The notes under the pieces: generated by a model
What the model was told of the DNA's origin: nothing
What the model saw: the letters and a program-made list of their open reading frames with translations, nothing else
Database searches by the model: none
Shown here: positions 38,101 through 64,000 of the stretch, piece by piece
Layout: every line of letters begins with the position of its first letter
How positions within the stretch are numbered: the stretch's first letter is position 1
Position numbers and translations under genes: made by a program
Source: Bugula neritina
Lineage: Eukaryota > Animalia > Bryozoa
Reading direction: 5' to 3'
Assembly: GCA_964035545.1 (NCBI GenBank)
Contig: OZ037770.1
Span: 310,001-374,000, forward strand
Length of the DNA stretch: 64,000 bases

Positions 38101-41100
38101 AACAAACCAACTGCAAGAATGTTATTAGGAAGATGAAAATACTGCCAAGATATCACCCAACACAACCCTCCTTGACCCTTTCTGATGGAAGGTGAAGGTC
38201 AGTCTAGTGGTAGAAGGAGACATTCAAATAATAAACTTATAACTCACCATGTGAATCTTCATCGCATTAGAAGAAGTTGTCTCTCCTTAGTACAAGATTA
38301 TTCCAGAAAATCTAAAAAAGCAAATGGGAAGTTACACAAAAAACCAACATTAAAAATCAAATGTTTTCAACAGACTAACAGTTTACATGATAGTTACAGA
38401 AATTCAATTCAATGATGTCACACTCATCTCTAATCATAATGATTTAGTACGACTGAAGATATCAATAATAACTGATAATACAATATTTGGTAATTTCATA
38501 TCCTCAAACAATTGTGTAGATATGAACAACTATTAGATCAGTAATAATATTTTATATTACTAGTAGTATAAAATATTACTAGTAATATTTTATAATACTA
38601 GTAATTTAATATAAAATACTACTAGTAATATAAAATATTACTTGTAATATTTTATATTACTAGTAATATAAAATACTACTAGTAGTATAAAATATTACAA
38701 GTAATATAAAATATTACTAGTAATATAAAATACTACTAGTAATATAAAATTTTACTAGTAATATAAAATATTACAAGTAATATAAAATATTACAATATAA
38801 TATACTGTTTGGAACTCAACAAACCAATCCTATAAATCCATAGGTTACATTAAGAATAATCTATAACAAGAATATTAAGTTATATTATTACACTATAGAG
38901 AGAGTTAGTAGTAATATACAATATATTATACTCTAGATCTCATCCTTATACCAAGACATTATATTAGAGAGGTGAAGTGTGAAGACTAGACGGTGCAATA
39001 ACCGGAGTCATAACAAGGGAGACAATAACCAGACATGACACAATGTCTCAGATGAGTGGTTATAAATAGCTGAGCCCTCAGCAACTGATTGAGTCCCACA
39101 TTTGGTGAATCAGATATTTTGGTAAGGAGACTAAGCCAGCTACTTGAAGTAAACATGTTTTGTCTCCAACTGTAATTGCATAGTTTACCCAATATTTGTG
39201 TTTTTGTTTGTTTGCTTATTCAATATAGGAGAAAAATATAGTAATTAGAAAATACATTAACTACTGGACAGACCTCATTTGTGCTGTTTAAAGGCTCTGA
39301 GCCAAAAAGTTTTAAACAAGGCTAGATAGTGCAAGGTGCTTCAAGGCCACATAGAATTTCACCTTATCCAATTTAGTGCCTACGTTATTTTTAACTTGTG
39401 GCTTAGTTTATGATGTGTTTTATCAAACTTGAGAAGTGCCAAAATCTGTCTCAATTCTTTATATTTAACGTCAGTGGCACTGATTTATATGTCTAACTTC
39501 ATGATTGATGGATGGGATATCCTTTACTACCCGCAAGGGTTGGCATAAAATAGACTTCTGCTTTACAATACTACAGTAATTCAATAGCTGTTTCCATACT
39601 AGCTTTCATTTAATGAGACACAACTAAACTCACAACAACTGAGAAACTTTGATGTCAACCACAGAGTCCGAAGGATATGGCCAACTACTTTTTGATAGCA
39701 GCTTCTGCTAAATTGACTTCAAATTGCATTCCTGTTGTGCAGATGCAAAATGCTCACGAATTTTAATTTAAAGGCAAAAAGCCGCCACGTAATTTAGCTG
39801 TCATTCATTTTATTTCAAACTGTTACATGTTATATTTTAATTTAGTACTTTCAATAACCGTTAGAGAATGTACTGCACCATTTATATAACCTTCAGAGGC
39901 AGAGCAACACAACATTGTCATAGACTTAGTCTCAATGAGCAAACTGACTGTGAAGTCTAGAGAGAATGCAGATTGTCGCTAGAAGTTACTAGGAACTAGT
40001 GCAAAACTGAATAGTTATATTTTACTATCCCTATTTGCGAAACTAAAACTAGAATGTAGTCAGTAACTGTAACTGTCAGTGTAACATTTTCACCAACACC
40101 AAATTTAGGGTGAGTGTAAAACTTTGGGATTTATTACACGCATATGCTAGCAGCTGCTTTTAACCTTCTGTAGGTGTAACCAGTAAAACTGAACAGTAAA
40201 ATTAAATACAATAAATAAACAATTTATATTGTACTTACATTGTAATTAGTAATAGATTTAATGTTTATAATAGTAACACTTAAATGTTTCAGTTAGTCTA
40301 CCATGTACTTATAGCTATAGCTATGTACTTATAGCTACACTTAGAGATGATGTTATAATTAGTCATACTATTAGTATTTTTTATATTTATACTATAAATT
40401 ATAGTACTACTACTAGTGTTACTAATACTACTGTCCTACTACTAGTAGTGCAAATAATAAAACTATAACTATAACTTCAACTTTAAGTTTAACTATAGTC
40501 TATGACTATAACAGTATAGCTATAAGCACACTAATACTAATACTAGTAATACTAATAGTAATATTATTATTAGTATGACCTCATTACAGTATAACTATAA
40601 CATCAACTATAAGATTAAGAGTATAACTGTAAATATAAATTAATAAGACTAACTCTAAAGTATAAGTTCAGTATAATATTAATACTAATACAGTAATAGT
40701 AATAGTAATACTGACAAATATACTTAAACTTAAAGTAGTAGTAATACTCATAGTCATATTGAGTCTGAGTATTACTATTAGTATTACTTTAGGCTCAAGT
40801 ATAAGTATTACTAAAACTAATAGTAATACTGTTACTGTTAGTATCACTATTACAGTAAATGTAATACTAACACTATTACTTTTAGTATTAGCATTACTAG
40901 TAACACTGTATTACTATAAGTATTACTATTACTATTAGTATTATTAATACTAATACTAATAGTAATAATAATGTTAAATAAAATTAAATGATTTGACTAA
41001 CAGGATGAGGATCAGGATGAGGATGGCTTCAACTTGTACCTAAAATTTGTGAAACTCAAAGACAAAATTCAATTAAAACTGAAAGTGAAAAATAAATTGC

Positions 41101-42662
41101 TATAACTACATGTATAAGTATAACATTGGCTTGAGTTTAACTGTATAAGATTAAGTATAACTATAACTATAAGATTAAGTATAAATATTAATTATAATAT
41201 ATAATTATTAATATTAATAATAATAATAATTTAAATTATCATCATGAGTATCAGTATGAGTATATATTGAAATGACTCAAAGCTGCGCAATGAAAACAGA
41301 AAACCATTTTTACTAACCAAATAAATGTGTAAGTTGATTGCATCCGCATTAAATTTAATTTTAAAACAATATTGTTTTATTGTAAACGCTATCAGATATT
41401 GATTATGTGAAAAATTAAAAGGAAATGTATACAAGAGTCGCCATATTGACGTGCAATTATGGAACAACAACCTCCAAGAAAATACATCATTGAAATCAGA
41501 GAAAATATTGACCTGTGGTGAACAATAGAACGCGCCAGCATCCTTGACCTCATAATTCCCGAGTCACAATATAGCGCAAGCTCCCGGATTTATTTACGAT
41601 GTTTTACACGTTAGCATCTGATAAAACCCCACTTTGAAATATTGGTTTTTTCATCTCCAAGTCTAAAGTCTCAACCCCACTGAATAGAACTACTAGTAGT
41701 AGTACTTCAACTATTAAATTATTTTTTAAGATTGCATTTCAGCTTGCTGAAATATAAGCTGAATTATAAATATTATGTATAATATGTGCTATAATGTTTT
41801 GGTTATTAATAAGCATATGGTAATGGGTATACTAATGCCGCCAACTACCTAATTACAGTATAAGTATTAGAAAAAATATTCAAAACGAAGTTAACTTTTA
41901 CTTCTAGTTTTACAGTAAAACTTTTACTTTTAGTTTTAGGACTAGTATGCTGTTGGTGTCTAGATTTTGCTCTATTACACTTTGACTTAGTCAGTCTTAC
42001 AGTTACTGTGTTGGACATTTTAATAAATAGTTTGAATCAACATTTTATTTTGATTTGACTTTTAAAACTAACTATGTAGTTAAACCTAAAAATATGTGTT
42101 AATTTTAAATGTAGTCAGTAAAGCACTAAGTGAAACTATCAAGATTCAGACATATGATAATTTTAACGAGATGATATGAATTTTGATAGTCGTTATGATA
42201 TGATTATGCCTGTGGCTGTACTACTACTAGTAGTAGTGTGGTGATAGTAATGTTTAATACTCATAGTCATACTGATGTCATACTGGTAGTGATATTATAA
42301 ACATAATGATACGAGTACTTATGCTGGTAGCTGCGATATTTTTTAATTATGCTTATACTTATAGTTATAGTTATACTTATAGTTTTATGGATACTAATAA
42401 TGCAAATTTAAATTATATCATCACTATGACTATCATAAAGAACATAACTATTACTATATAATCAGTTACTTTTTTGTTCTGGGTGCTTGATTCTTTTATT
42501 TTCAGATTTTTCCAAATACTAATTGTCTTTACAAGTTGACTTGATGACCTTGAACTTCAGCTGCTGTAAGAGTAAATGGTCTGTAAAATATGTGATGTGC
42601 CAGTATATTTTGTAGTTTCACTTTGCTTGTTGTTTATTTTCAATCTAGTCAATCCTTAAGAA

Positions 42663-63203
<20,541 letters not shown>

Positions 63204-63470
63204 CATGCAATAGACTTACCTTAATTTACCTGTAGATACACGTTTATTTATCCCTGACTATTTATTGCTCTCTCAATCCCACGATACAGAGAGTTCAACC
63301 CACAGTTGTGCATAGTACTTCATTCTTTTACCTTATCTTGTAATTAATTCTTAATATAATGTATTAATATTCATTTATGATTTCCTGTTTTTAAATGCTC
63401 CAATCTGTCCTTTCAACTGTGTGCTAGATTTTATACACGCAAATTAACAAATATGACTGTTTCCTGCTAT

Positions 63471-63482
63471 AAATATGGCGGC
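63471..63482 (+). promoter_or_regulatory. YY1-like motif AAATATGGCGGC, possible TSS region of a downstream gene
   Basis: Motif match only; a similar motif occurs on the minus strand at 41437-41448, between the divergent RhoGAP and VPS15 genes. Confidence 0.2.
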
Positions 63483-64000
63483 TAAAATACAAGACGAAAG
63501 ATTTTCAGTTTCATAAATTAATGACTATTGTAATGTAGCATGATGGAAAGTAATAATCAAGTGTTTGATATGAAGTTGTGTTCTCTCCAGTTAAAAGAGA
63601 AGATAACTACAGCAAGATTTTTATTATAACAAAAAGTATAGCTGTAATTGTCCTCTCTTTTAAATTCAGAGACCAATAATTATATTTGTGGGTAAATTTT
63701 ATATACAATTATGTTCCAATATAATACAATCTACTTTCTCTTGAGCAATGAGTGATTGAAAATTTCTGCTATAGAGAAGTTGTTTTTTATTAGACTGTGT
63801 TCTTATAAAAGCTGTTGATTAACGGGTAGTCAACTAGCTACCCTGTAAAAGATCTAATAACTGTCAGAAGCACTGGCTATTTCTGCTGTTGATTGTCTTG
63901 TGAGAACTGAGAGTTGTCTTTCCTTTTTAGCTGCTTCAGTAATATACTGTAGTATGTAGTAATACACTGTAGTATATAGTAATATACTGCAGTATATAGT

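Noticed and set aside
35200-42600. Additional protein-coding or RNA genes between RhoGAP and VPS15
   Set aside because: Only short ORFs, AT-rich low complexity and isolated splice-like sites (possibly RhoGAP 5'-UTR exons); no tRNA, rRNA or domain signal recognised.

Overview
AT-rich, intron-rich animal (invertebrate) genomic DNA; no prokaryotic features. I reconstructed five spliced genes by hand from splice sites and phases: (1) a CARD-NACHT-LRR NLR-type gene (+, ~601-7435, 5' end upstream of the window); (2) a RING-Bbox-Bbox-coiled-coil TRIM-like gene ending in a 9-aa RGG repeat tail (+, 10274-15407); (3) a soluble PC1/3-like proprotein convertase (-, 23984-16463); (4) a RhoGAP gene (-, ~33130-27557); (5) PIK3R4/VPS15 (+, 42663-63203). 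VPS15 introns carry two same-strand nested genes (a divergent dynein-light-chain-like gene and an orphan 4-TM protein), a 3.2 kb Academ-type DNA transposon remnant with TIRs and a TSD, MITEs and an RTE LINE fragment. The most pervasive unexplained structure is that many introns contain a tandem-repeat array anchored on a splice site, often built from copies of the exon-intron junction itself, and some repeat families recur in sense orientation in unrelated genes. Other notable points are a NACHT domain lacking Walker B, sensor-1 and WHD-His residues, and an in-frame GC-AG intron inside the CARD. Most long low-complexity ORFs in the supplied track are artefacts of these repeats. Exon coordinates are manual and may be off by a few bases; no searches were run.
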